Below, piece by piece: positions 26,473 through 38,200 of a stretch of 64,000 bases of DNA; position 1 is the stretch's first letter, and each line of letters begins with the position of its first letter. The position numbers and the translations under genes are program-made. Where the stretch lies: positions 83,434 through 147,433 of IMG/VR virus record IMGVR_UViG_3300005098_000017; one strand, written 5' to 3'. Source of the DNA: a virus. The notes under the pieces are model-generated. The model was given only the letters and a program-made list of their open reading frames with translations, searched no databases and was not told the DNA's origin.

Positions 26473-29400
26473 GCCCTTTCTTTTCCAGAGTGATTTAGCA
26501 CGCATACGCACAGATGAGACATTGCGCAGCCGTTATGGGTGGGGTCGTACACTTTTGCGTTTTGGAGTGGCGATGGCTTCCTTTGCTGTTTTGTCTTATG
26601 GTGCGCGTTCCTTATCGCGTGCATGGCGTGCATTGGCCACATCTGGAGCATTATCACGGAAGTTTGTTGAAGGCGTTAAGGTAGTAAAGAAGTTAGGGCT
26701 TGAGCAGGGTAACTTACTTGATGTAATATTATCAGTATCTAGGCGTGCGCGTCGAGTTGCTTATAAATATGTTAAGTGGTCGCAAGATTATAGGGATGCG
26801 TCGCGGCTTCTGCATTTTGGTAAGGCATTAAGGAAAATATGGAGCGGTGGTAAAGCATCATTAAAGGGTTTTAGGAAGGCGCGTGAGGCTTATCGACGGG
26901 TTGGATTACGAGGTGCATTGTTTGGTGCCTTTTTGCGTGGTGCAGAAAGAGGTGTTGGATTTGCGATTTTATCTTCGGCTGCTGATGCATTAACACATTC
27001 ATTTATAACACCTGCGGATAGAGAGAAGACAAGAAAGTATGGTCCTGTTGCTCGTGTGAAGCGTTTTTTCACTGATGCTGTCCTATTTAGTGGATTACAA
27101 GGACTTTGGGGTGTATCAAAAGTTGCCTTTCCTACCTATATACATAGGTATAGCCCACAAATACAGCGTTTTCTTACCCGCATTGGAGCGCCTACTTATG
27201 TGGCTAAGTTTTATGGATGGAGGCGTCGCTTCTATGATTATCTAATTCGTGCTATAGAATATAAGCAGAAGTTTACTCAGAAATTGCAAGGTGCTAATAT
27301 ATGGCAGCACATAAAGCAGCAGATGAAGGAGCATCCCGGGTTAGGTGCTATTGCAACCTATTTGCGGGAGCAGATAAGGGAAGCTCATCTACATGCTAAG
27401 AAATCGTTTAGGAGGCCGGGTGGATTTCCACCAAGGAGTGGTTATGATACAGTTATAACAATGATGAATTATGCGAAAGAGGTTAATGTTAAGGATCCTA
27501 AGTTTGCAGCGGAGATTGCAGCTCAAGCTGTTGGACGTTATAAAGGTGTGAGTAAGTGGCGGCGGCTTCTTAATATCGAACGTGAAAGGTTGACCAAGAA
27601 GCAGGCTGTTGCTTTCAGGGAGATGCTTGAGAAAATGGGGTTTAGCAAGTCATGGATCGAGACATTAAAGGGGGAGGAACGCAAGTTTTATGAGAATCTG
27701 TATTACCGTGTGATGAGGGGACCATTGTTCCATGGTCCCGGATGGTTTGAAGTAGCCGGGCAAAAGTTTTCACAGTATGAGACGCGTTATTTTGTAAAAA
27801 GAATTCTCCAGAATCTATATGCTGGTCGATGGAGGGGGGTTACACGCATTTTGGCTTCTGCGGCGGGCTTAGACCTCTATGCCAACCGCAGACCTGTATT
27901 TATCTTCCATCCTACCATGGATATTCCGATGAGCGTTCCTATACCGACTGATGAGGGTGTTCGTATGCTACGCTTGGTAACCGAACGTGGTAATGATCGG
28001 GTTCGTCATGGGATTGTATTCTTACAGAATAAATTGTACAGATTATCGCCAACGGAGGAGGGTGGTGAATACTTTGTGGATAGGGTTATAGAGAATGTTA
28101 AATTATATGAGAGCCCGGCTTATAACATATTAAAGAGGGAGTTAACGCAGTATTATATCAAGCAGAGGCGGCGCACGGATGAGATAGGTTTGCGTCCACC
28201 AGGTGAATATGTTAGGGATATAATCAGGAAATTATCGCGGGGTGTTGATAAGGCTAGCTTAGAGGAATTGGTTAATGTATATAAGTCAACCCGTTCGACG
28301 GCCCATATTATCTTTGGTAAATTGTTATCAAAGAAGGAGGTCCGTGAGGTTGCATCGCAGATCTTGGAGCAATTAGGCGCGAGTAGAGCGCAAAGGATCT
28401 TGCAGATGGATGAGGCATCATTAATCAGGGAACTTGAGAAGGTTATAGAAAAGCCTGCACAAGTAACAGAGCGGCTTCGTAACAAGTTTATCTATCTTAT
28501 AAACGCATCACGGAGTAGGATGAGGACTATGAAGGATCTTTTGAATCAGGAGTTTATAGGTTCTGGATATGCAGAAGCACGGGCTAGGCATGTTATTGAG
28601 TCGTTCTTAATTGAGCAGCATTTGACACCAGAAATAAGGGCGAAATTCTTTAGCAGGCTTGCTGAGGAGCAGTTGATCGGGAAGTGGATAAGGAAGCCGG
28701 CTTATACACATTTCTTCAAAGCATTAGCAGAGCTAGCACCTGTTGAGATGGATGCAGAAGCTCTAAGGTCTACTATAAAGGGCGCGCTTAATGATATTGT
28801 AGTCGGTTGGAAAAAATTACCTACAGTTGATCCATTTAGGCCGATATCTGCCTTATTCCAGTATGGTGGATTGGGTATCCACAGGTTATTTGAACCTACC
28901 ATAGAAGGTATACGGGTAATGGGTACTACAGTACCATTTACTGTTGTTAGAGAAGGTATGAGTCCATTTAAACGGTATACGGTAACAAGTTTATTGTTTT
29001 CCCATCACTTACGGCGCATATGGGGATTTATGGATTATGTAAGCAAAGCTCCTCGCAAGTTTCCTATTATCAGGCATTTATTAAGGCGATTAGACCCTAG
29101 ATTGGCTGATACGGCGCATATCTTTCCATTTGAGACTAATACTACTGGTTGGACGGCTTCAGATATGATAAAGAATTTATGGAAGCCGGCGGCTACATTA
29201 TTGGCATTAGGTGTAGGATATAAGGCTGTTGATACATTCTTTGATGAAAGTGGTTTATTTGAAGGGACTGCATTAGGAGAGGGGTTGACACCTGCTATAC
29301 TGGATGCATATGCATTAGGTCGTCTTTCTTTGGCAAGAGTATTGGATATTGCAGGTGTAACTGATGCAGCGCGGTATTTAGAGGGATTAATGCCGGGGTC

Positions 29401-32281
29401 TATGACATGGTTACCAGGTGCACTATATGGCGTATGGAAGTTTGCACCTGCGGGGCCGGCGGCTTCCGCTATGGGTGCATTAATAATGGGTGCTGTTAAT
29501 AAAATGTTAGCGCCATTTTTGCCTGATTTAACAAAGAGTTACGATCAGCTGAAGAGGATATATAGAGGTGAGGAGTATGTGCCTGTAAGGAGAGCAAGGT
29601 ATTGGCCTTTATCTTTAACCCCTTGGGAGGGTTATGATATTGAATATTGGCGGCCTTCTCTATGGTTCATTGTAAGACAGCAGGCAAAATATACTCCTGA
29701 TATAAGTGGTAGCAAGATACAATCCTTATTACAGGGTGATTGGTTATTTGGATTTAATCCATTGCGTGCATTTGATCCATATGCTAAAGAGAGGCAACAT
29801 TATTTCTCTAGGCCGGCGCCTCTCACACAGTTGCCATTTTGGGATGTGCCAGTTATAGGGCCGTTTTTAGCTTTAACTGTTGGGCAGGTATTGAAACCAC
29901 AGCAGATGATGCATACAGCCTTTTTGAAGGAGATGTATCCCGGTGAGTATGGTGTGCCGAAGGGTGAAGTTGTCACACCGGAGGATTTATCTAATCCTGA
30001 TCAATATGTATCAGCTATGCAATCCAATCAAGCTGTTGCAATGTTAATGAATAGATATGCGGGGCGGGCTTACAGGCATGTCACAGGAGATATGCTTAAT
30101 AGAGGTATAACAGAAACTCTGTATAGATCGATGGAGATGGCGGGCTTAAGAGGTTACCTAACATCGTTATTATTAGGAACACAGACACCGCTTAATTTCA
30201 GTAGGTACCTAGAAATGTATGGTGAGAACGAAGGGTTTTTATCTGAATACTGGAACATGGAACTTAATGATGTAGCTGGTGGGTTATCTGAGATGATAAG
30301 AAGATTCCGGCCTGACAAGCGGATAAATACAGTTAACCCTATCCCCAACCTTATGGCACAATTTTTACCCGAAGGAGAGTATGGTGGTAGCGATTTTCTA
30401 CATGGTGATCCTTATACTAAAATTCCTATGGGTTTCATAAGATTGCCGGGGACTGGATATGAGGCAACACATAATGTAATGCATACATTTCCTGCATCGT
30501 TAAGAATGTTGGGTAAGACAGTAACAGAGATAAGGGACATTATGGCCGGGTGGGAGGATATTATTGAGGAGAGAACGGAGCGGGAGCTAAATAGATTTTA
30601 TGATGCTAAGAAGATTGTGCAGGGATTGCTTGAGATATCAGGACAGAATGTTGAGATGGATGTGCAGATTTACGATCCATATAACAACATTGTTGGTACC
30701 GTTGATGCAGTTGTGAGGAGAGGGCGATTTAGGCAACCTATTATTATACGTCCTGTTAGTGAGGAGGAATTTAGGGAGCTTGTTGCCCCGAAGGAGGAGC
30801 ATGCGAGTCAGGTAAATTTTGCTATGAAGTTTTTTGGTGCGAAGACGGGTAAGTTGATTTATGTGAATGTAAGATCGCCTGAACAGATTAAGACATATAC
30901 CATCTTTTTTGATCCATCAAGGTTAAGAGAGGATATAAGTGCATTAAAGAGGGCGAGGGAACAGGCTGGTGAGTTGTTAAGGGCAGGAGCTGTTTTTGAT
31001 TATGGTCGTAGTTATAGCTGGTTTGATAGATATAGAATTTTAGCTGATGTTGCTCCTTTATCTGATCAATATAAGCAGGCGCGTGCTATTATATTGAAGC
31101 AATTGCAACAGGGATTTTTGCCACCTGAGTTATGGGATGAGGTGCATGAGATTGAGCGAAGGCGGCGGCTTCAGCTTTTAAAATATCCTATGTATGTGCG
31201 TCGTTTTACTGGTGAAAATGTTGTTGAAACGGTGCAGAAGCTTTTGCATCCGCCCAGGCTTTCCGGCAGGGAGTTATCGCTATCTTTGAATCCATATTTA
31301 AGGTCGCCTGATGAATACAGTTTACCAGAAAGGATCGTAGGTAGTATCTGGGAGACATTTACACATTTACCAACACCTTATAATAGGAAATTCTTTTTCC
31401 AGTACTCACCGTCAGAGATTTATAAGTATTTCCATTTATATGATCGGGAGTATAAAGCATGGACGCGGCCTATTGAGGATTGGGTTAAGCCGCAGGTTAG
31501 GACGATGCTTGCTTCACAAGGCGTAATGGAGGGCGTGGCTTCATGGGCTACAGCAGGTTATGCTGTTGGTAGGTTATACGGCGGGCTTATAGGTGCAGTG
31601 GCTGGATCCATATATGGGTTGATACCTAAGCCGCCGATGATACCGGAGGATGTGGAGAAGGCGCGCGAGGCTTATTCGTATTATGATAAATTGAAATATG
31701 CACGTAACATGCAGTTTTATGTTATGACAGGTAATAGAATATATGAGGAGCGTGCTGAGCGGACCTTATTGGGTGCGAAGAACTTACGTGATTATGTAAG
31801 AGCATTACCACGTTTTGAGCGCCCATTTACTGTAGCGTTTATGAACATAACTGATGAGAGTGAAAGAGAAAGGATAAGGCAGATTATATCACCTGAGGCG
31901 CGTCGTGCCTTGGATGCAGCATGGGCGAGACGTGAATTGCGGTATAGTGTTGAAGAAGGTGGTTATGAAGAGGTACCGAGAACACCAGCTAATTGGGCTG
32001 GTTGGATTTTTGCGATACCTGATGAGGATATTTATGTGAAGGAGCTTGAGCAGCGGGGTGTTGATCCTCTAGATTTTGGTTATGGTTATCATGGTCAGGC
32101 AGCTGCTGTACGCCGTCTATCTGAAGATTTTGCTATACCTGATCAGACGGTAGATGTAGTCAATATTATGGATGTACAGGAAACAATAGTCAGGTCATTG
32201 CAGGCGCAGGGTATTAGTGCTTCTGTATCCATCATGGGATTTGATAATAGTAGAAGAGTTGATGTCGTTATTTATAAATAA
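26450..32281 (+). CDS. Giant basic tape-measure-like / ejected protein with a degenerate PD-(D/E)XK-like domain, 1943 aa
   Basis: Tape-measure position; helical and Arg-rich with several Gly/Ala hydrophobic segments; nuclease-like segment at about 30600-30960. Confidence 0.65.
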   Translation: MTVVRRNKPFLFQSDLARIRTDETLRSRYGWGRTLLRFGVAMASFAVLSYGARSLSRAWRALATSGALSRKFVEGVKVVKKLGLEQGNLLDVILSVSRRARRVAYKYVKWSQDYRDASRLLHFGKALRKIWSGGKASLKGFRKAREAYRRVGLRGALFGAFLRGAERGVGFAILSSAADALTHSFITPADREKTRKYGPVARVKRFFTDAVLFSGLQGLWGVSKVAFPTYIHRYSPQIQRFLTRIGAPTYVAKFYGWRRRFYDYLIRAIEYKQKFTQKLQGANIWQHIKQQMKEHPGLGAIATYLREQIREAHLHAKKSFRRPGGFPPRSGYDTVITMMNYAKEVNVKDPKFAAEIAAQAVGRYKGVSKWRRLLNIERERLTKKQAVAFREMLEKMGFSKSWIETLKGEERKFYENLYYRVMRGPLFHGPGWFEVAGQKFSQYETRYFVKRILQNLYAGRWRGVTRILASAAGLDLYANRRPVFIFHPTMDIPMSVPIPTDEGVRMLRLVTERGNDRVRHGIVFLQNKLYRLSPTEEGGEYFVDRVIENVKLYESPAYNILKRELTQYYIKQRRRTDEIGLRPPGEYVRDIIRKLSRGVDKASLEELVNVYKSTRSTAHIIFGKLLSKKEVREVASQILEQLGASRAQRILQMDEASLIRELEKVIEKPAQVTERLRNKFIYLINASRSRMRTMKDLLNQEFIGSGYAEARARHVIESFLIEQHLTPEIRAKFFSRLAEEQLIGKWIRKPAYTHFFKALAELAPVEMDAEALRSTIKGALNDIVVGWKKLPTVDPFRPISALFQYGGLGIHRLFEPTIEGIRVMGTTVPFTVVREGMSPFKRYTVTSLLFSHHLRRIWGFMDYVSKAPRKFPIIRHLLRRLDPRLADTAHIFPFETNTTGWTASDMIKNLWKPAATLLALGVGYKAVDTFFDESGLFEGTALGEGLTPAILDAYALGRLSLARVLDIAGVTDAARYLEGLMPGSMTWLPGALYGVWKFAPAGPAASAMGALIMGAVNKMLAPFLPDLTKSYDQLKRIYRGEEYVPVRRARYWPLSLTPWEGYDIEYWRPSLWFIVRQQAKYTPDISGSKIQSLLQGDWLFGFNPLRAFDPYAKERQHYFSRPAPLTQLPFWDVPVIGPFLALTVGQVLKPQQMMHTAFLKEMYPGEYGVPKGEVVTPEDLSNPDQYVSAMQSNQAVAMLMNRYAGRAYRHVTGDMLNRGITETLYRSMEMAGLRGYLTSLLLGTQTPLNFSRYLEMYGENEGFLSEYWNMELNDVAGGLSEMIRRFRPDKRINTVNPIPNLMAQFLPEGEYGGSDFLHGDPYTKIPMGFIRLPGTGYEATHNVMHTFPASLRMLGKTVTEIRDIMAGWEDIIEERTERELNRFYDAKKIVQGLLEISGQNVEMDVQIYDPYNNIVGTVDAVVRRGRFRQPIIIRPVSEEEFRELVAPKEEHASQVNFAMKFFGAKTGKLIYVNVRSPEQIKTYTIFFDPSRLREDISALKRAREQAGELLRAGAVFDYGRSYSWFDRYRILADVAPLSDQYKQARAIILKQLQQGFLPPELWDEVHEIERRRRLQLLKYPMYVRRFTGENVVETVQKLLHPPRLSGRELSLSLNPYLRSPDEYSLPERIVGSIWETFTHLPTPYNRKFFFQYSPSEIYKYFHLYDREYKAWTRPIEDWVKPQVRTMLASQGVMEGVASWATAGYAVGRLYGGLIGAVAGSIYGLIPKPPMIPEDVEKAREAYSYYDKLKYARNMQFYVMTGNRIYEERAERTLLGAKNLRDYVRALPRFERPFTVAFMNITDESERERIRQIISPEARRALDAAWARRELRYSVEEGGYEEVPRTPANWAGWIFAIPDEDIYVKELEQRGVDPLDFGYGYHGQAAAVRRLSEDFAIPDQTVDVVNIMDVQETIVRSLQAQGISASVSIMGFDNSRRVDVVIYK

Positions 32282-35200
32282 TGGCAGTTATAAGGAAAAA
32301 ACATACATATTTGCGTACTTTTACACGCAGGAAGGAACGGGAGAAGGGCAACCGTTTTGCGAAGTTTGGACTGGGGGTTGCTGCTCTTGTGCCTATTGTT
32401 TATTTGGTCAGGGGGCGCGGCTTCGAAAGGCTACATGATTTTCTTAAGACCTTTGCTGAGGCTTCATATAAGAAAGAGGCGCGGGCTTCAGAAGCATCTC
32501 TATGGGCGTATGGGCCTCTTGATAGGATAAAAAAGGCATTCATGGATAATCCATTTTTGTCAGTACTGGGTAATGTTACCAAAAAAGAGGCACAGGGGAG
32601 ATCTGTAAGGGAGGTATTGAATAAGTTAAAAGATATTGTTGAGCTTCTGCGTGAATATTATTCAGTAGCTGAAATAAGAAAATTATTTAATGAGGATATT
32701 ATTCCTTATGCTGATAAAGCGTCTAAGCTTATTGTTGAGGAGGAGAAGCAATTAGTATATAAGTATCAGTTAATGTTTGAGCGGGCGCTTAAGATTCTCA
32801 CGAGGAAGATTAATGAAAAAGGGTGGCTTCCGCGAGACCCATTTCATTTTCGTCTCCTAAGTAAGTATTTACCACATAGCTACAAATTTGGATTGTTTTA
32901 TGGTACGATGCCGAGTTTTTCGGCGCCTCTATTTGAGATTTCTACAGCTAGTGGGCAGTTTGCACAGATTTTCCAAAGGGAGGTAAAGAATCTATCAGAA
33001 AGTGAGGTTTTACTTGGTCAACATGTTGAGCAGGTTATAAAAGATTATGTAAAAAAGCATGTGGTTGTGAATCCTGAGTGGGAGCTTGCTGCTAGTGAGG
33101 TGTTTAAGCATCTATCAGCTGAGGAGCATTTACAGGTCCGAAATCTTGTTACAAGAATTACAGAGCAGGTAGCTAAGTGGTTGCATCGTCATGCCGGTAT
33201 TGATGCAACAGATTTGCCTGATGTGCATGTTGTTATAAAGGCGCAGCGTTATTATGATGTTCCTATGCTAGTTGCTCAGCTGTCGGTTGTTGATCTGCGT
33301 GGGGTCAAAAGGAGTATAGAGATCAAGCTTGGTGTTCCCCAGAAAAGTGGATTGATGGCAGCTATAGGAAATTATCCAACAGCAAATGTCAGATTTGCTC
33401 AAGGTAACAGGGTAAGGTCGATCTTTTCCTTGAAGCTGGAGCGCTTAGGCGAGATGTTTGAGCATGCCTTGAACGATTTATACGAAGGGAAGTCAGAGGA
33501 TTATGTTACCAGACGCATTCATAGAATCATTGGACGATATGATTTATATGGAACTGGGCGTAATGATAAAGCATTCCAGTTGGTGCATTCCATTGTTGAT
33601 AAGGACTTTAAGGATTATGCGGCTTATAATGCTAAAAAGAGATTTTTGAAGCGCGCCGCTGAGTTGGTGCTTGGTGTGAGAAAAGGTAAGTATCGGGTGT
33701 TTATGGATGCTGAGTGGGTTATGGCTGGTATATCGAGTACTGGGACTCAATATGCAGTGACTGAATCCCGCCGGCGCTTGATATGGAGTTTTGCCATACA
33801 AGTTTTTGATGATCTTGGTAATGAGGTTGATAAGTTGGTTGTATTTATAGATCCGAAGACGATAAGCGATGAGTTCTTCATGTCGCAGGTGCGTCGTTTT
33901 GGATTATCAAAGGCAGCTGCTGAGGAGGCATTAAAAGCGGTTAGAGGTCGTGTTGCGATGCCTGCTGGATATGTCAGAGTTGATAGTGAGATGGAGGCCA
34001 GCCGGCTTATATGCAAGAAAATAAAAGACATAATTAATAAATATGGTAAGGATGATCTACTTGTTATGGGTAAGAACTTCTGGAGCTCAGAGGTTGCATT
34101 GTTGGAGCGGGCCTTTAAAGCTGACAGTAATATATTAAATTATATCAAAAGAAAGTTAGTTGATATAGAGGATATATATAGGTTGGTATATGGTGCTAAG
34201 GCTATTAACAGGTCATTAAGTGTTGAGGCTATTCTCGATTATGTAAAGGTATCGGATGAAGGATCGAAGCTATTGGGCCGGCTTCTTAATTATGAACCGA
34301 GGGTTGAGGTCCAAGCGTTTGCTAATTTAGTTAGGTCGCTACATTTTGGTGAGCAAGATAACAGGATTGCATACATCCTATCAAAAATTGCGGAGAGCAT
34401 GGTTAATAATGATCCTGAGTTGCGTGAGAGAGTACTAAGGATTTATGATATTGTAGCGAAGTCACAGGGAGCTGTTTTATCATTTACAACGCAGCAGGAG
34501 TTCATGCAGCGGGCTTATAATTATGTAAAGGAGCAATTGAAATCTGTTGGTGTTGGTTCGCCTAATGCTGCGCGTAAGTGGCGTTTTGAATATCCGTTTA
34601 ATCCAGCTGATTGGGTTCCGCTATTTGTTCCCACCTTGGAGAAACAGAGGTATCAGTTAGGCCGCGGCTTACCTTTATCGGAGGCATCGAAAAGATTGCT
34701 TGAAACTCTTAAGAAGGAATATGCTAGGCGCGTATTAGGGTTGGGTGAGGCTGATATCAATTATCTAGGACCGGCGCTTATTTCTATGCCATTTAAGAGA
34801 TTCCTAGAACAGCAGATGTTATATAATGTCCGTAGTGTATTTACGATACCTGTCTTCTCAACATTTTTCCCATTTGCTGGCGAAGGACATATGTTTATAC
34901 ACAGGAGACTTACTGAGCTATCGACAGTAGTGCAGGAGGTGATTAGTCAGAAAATTCCGATAAGTAGGTTGGAGAATATGGATGCTCGTATGCAGTTGTG
35001 GGCGAAGCTTTTTGAATCTGCCATGGAGGCTGTTAAGACATCTCCGAAGCTGGGTGAGTTAATTAAGAGCAAATTTAATAATGATATTGTTAAGTTTTTG
35101 AGAGCTGTAGATTTGTCGATTGTTATTGGTAGATATCGTGGATGGATAAAGGATTCTGAGCGGTTGGCTAATGTTTTAGCGCAGTTGTTTCCGGGGTTTC

Positions 35201-38200
35201 CTATCAAGCGTTTTGTTGGTCATGCTATTGGTAGGAATCTAAGAGGTCTTACTATAAAACAGTATATGGCATTGCGCCGCGGTGTGCGTGCACCAAAAAT
35301 AAATTTGGGGGATATATGGAAGGAGATATTTAGCGACAAAGCAGCTGCTCATCCGTTATACGACATGTTGAGTAATGATAATATGTTGAAACTTGGATTG
35401 ATGGATGAGTCTGCTCAGGCAGGTTATGCACAATGTGCATTAATAAGGGAGATCTTTAATAGATTGGTAGAATCGGGGCTTCATCTTACCAACCCAGAGC
35501 AGTACATCAAGTATGGTACTTTCGTAATGACGGACCGGCTTCAGCTTGGTGATAAGGTTGTAAAAATTGGTTATAATGGTAAATTGGTTTTTAATAAGGT
35601 AATTACATCTTATGATCTTACAGGTATACCTTCATTAGATTTTTCACTTACCTATGAGATAGTTTTGCCAACCCCCTTAAAGTGGGTTACATATTATCAA
35701 AAAGGTATGGGGACAGCACAGCGCTGGTCCTTAAGTCAATTTCCGTATTATCTTATAGAGCCGGCACGTTTTATGGAGCGTGGTGAATTGGGCATCTTTA
35801 TAGAGACAGAGATGACCCGGCTAAAGGAGGCATTAATTAAAAAATATGGTGTGCGGGAAGCCGCCAATGTTATGTCAAAGATGACAAAGGACCTCAATGA
35901 TTATATGAATAGAGTGGTTAATTACGCTATTAAGGAGCACGGGCTTCCCATCAAACTTACCAGTCCGTTGTTTATATTCAATCCCAAAATGATGGCAATA
36001 GAGGGCAATTATGATTTGTTTAACACATTGACAACAGAACAAAAGGGATTATTGTGGACAGTATTTTTGGAGGGTTTACCTGAGAAGGTGGGAAAGATTG
36101 GTGGATATCCAAGCTTGTTTGATTATCTTGAGGCTAAATTCAAGGAGCATGGTATTGTTGTAACTCCCCAAGAAAGGAGGATATTCAGAAGATATGTACA
36201 GAAACAATATGCGTTGTATAAGAACAAAAAGATAAGCGAAAAGGAATTTTTTGAAACAGTCTTGCTGAAGGACATAGCTGATGAGAGGATACGAAACTGG
36301 TTTAGCAGATTATATTATGGAGATGATAGGGAGCAGCTGGCGCGCTTATTCGATATATATCAGATAAAATTAGGTAAAAGGGTTGTTGAACTTATTGGTT
36401 TGGGCCGTCATAGCCCCTTTGGGTTGGGTGATACGGCTCTAACTAGTACCTACAAAAGTTTTGTTCGTATACCAATGCAGATGTATTGGGATATCCATCG
36501 CTGGCCTCATTTGGAGGGTATGGCTCAATTTATTGATGCCTTCCAAGCTCAGAATCTACCTATTTATGAGACACTTCTTAAGATGGCTGATATGCTAAAA
36601 ATGAGTCAGTCATCTATTGATGAGTTGGTGAAGGCAGGGGGTATCTATGCTGTACCGGTGCGGCGCTTCTTTGACTTTGTGCGCAAACATATGAATCTTC
36701 TTAGGTCAATAAGGGAGGATATATATGTACCAGAAAAGATATTAGAGGAGGCTCATGGTGATATGGTTCGTGCTGTCCAAATGATGCTTGATCTGGGTGT
36801 ATCGTTAACGGATTTTAAGGAGAATGCTATAAAGTTTGAAGGCGCGCAGGTCCGTGCGCAGGTTGCCAAGGAGGTGCAGGATTTCCTCAGACAGATATTT
36901 GAGGAGGCGCAAGGGAAGCGCGTTGTTATCGATGTAGGCAGGGCAATGTCTGTTTCCTATAAGAACCTTGAGTCGATGATTGGTCAGAATGATGCTATTA
37001 TTAGGGATCTTATAAAATATTTAGAGAGAATGGGTTACAACAAGCTGAAGTATATACCATTGGGGACAAGGGAATTTTGGGATCTGTCATTTCACCAGAT
37101 TGGTAGAGACCAAGTTATTGTTGAGCCTCAGGTTAAGAAGTTGCTGCAATTAATGGCATCGATTGCATCAATTAAGGGTAAGGTGCAAGCAACTGGTGTG
37201 CCATCGGCGCAGGTTAAATTTGAAGAGAGAAATGTATTTTATAAGCAGTTTGTTAATTATCTTGGTTCTATAGCTAGTAGCTTTATAGGCCGGCAATCCT
37301 TATGGGCACGCACTGCTGTAACACATCTTCCTGGTGTTGAGGGTGTTGGACTTCCGTCCTTCTTGCTTTTTAATAAGTCGCGGCTTCTTGACACAGTTGT
37401 ATGGGAGCCATTTACGACCTATGTTGATGCTTCTGTTATTGAGAATCTCAGAGGTATGTTGGAAGCCGCCGGCTTCTCCAAAGAATTTATCGATGCTTTT
37501 TACAAGGGTAGTCCTAATGTAGCATTTTTAGGTATGCCCGGACGTATGCCATTCCACCCCGGTATGGGATTGATAGGATTTATAAAGAGTTTAACCAAGC
37601 AGCAGAAGAAACATGTTTCATCTGTAAGCGATGCTGTTAAAATATATATGGATCCTTTATTGATAACGAAGGTTCTATTGGGTGACTGGGATACAGATAG
37701 ATTGATGGCGTTACTAACAATGACATCTCCGAAGGGTGCTGAGGATATAACAAGGATATGGAAGTGGGTCTATGGTTTATCAGATCAGGATGTTGCATTT
37801 CTTATGTCGTATGGTAAGTTTAGAGCTGGTGACAGGAAGGCTATAGGTGAATTGCAGACATTTTTTACGTCTGTTTTTGAGAAGATGACAAAAGAGCAGA
37901 AGGAGGCATATATACAGAGCAAAGAGTTTGAGGATATGCTCCACAAAAGATTATCAGCCATTGTTGCAAGAATGAAGGAAGGATATTTGAGCTGGTTTGG
38001 TAAGTCTGAGGCAGAAGAGTTAAGCGAGCGGGTCGAGTTTTTAGTGACAGGTGATGTGACGAAGATACCGACAACGGAGGGTAAGGTTATTTATTTACCG
38101 ACTATATTAGCGCAGATGCGTGGTTATACGATGAAGATTGAAAAAATGTGGCCGTTTATACAGGAGGCTAAAGAGATTGCGAGGAAGGAAGGAATTCCAT

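Noticed and set aside
30600-30960. Active Cas4 or a CRISPR-associated locus
   Set aside because: The catalytic ExK and Fe-S cysteines are missing, and there are no cas genes or arrays in the window
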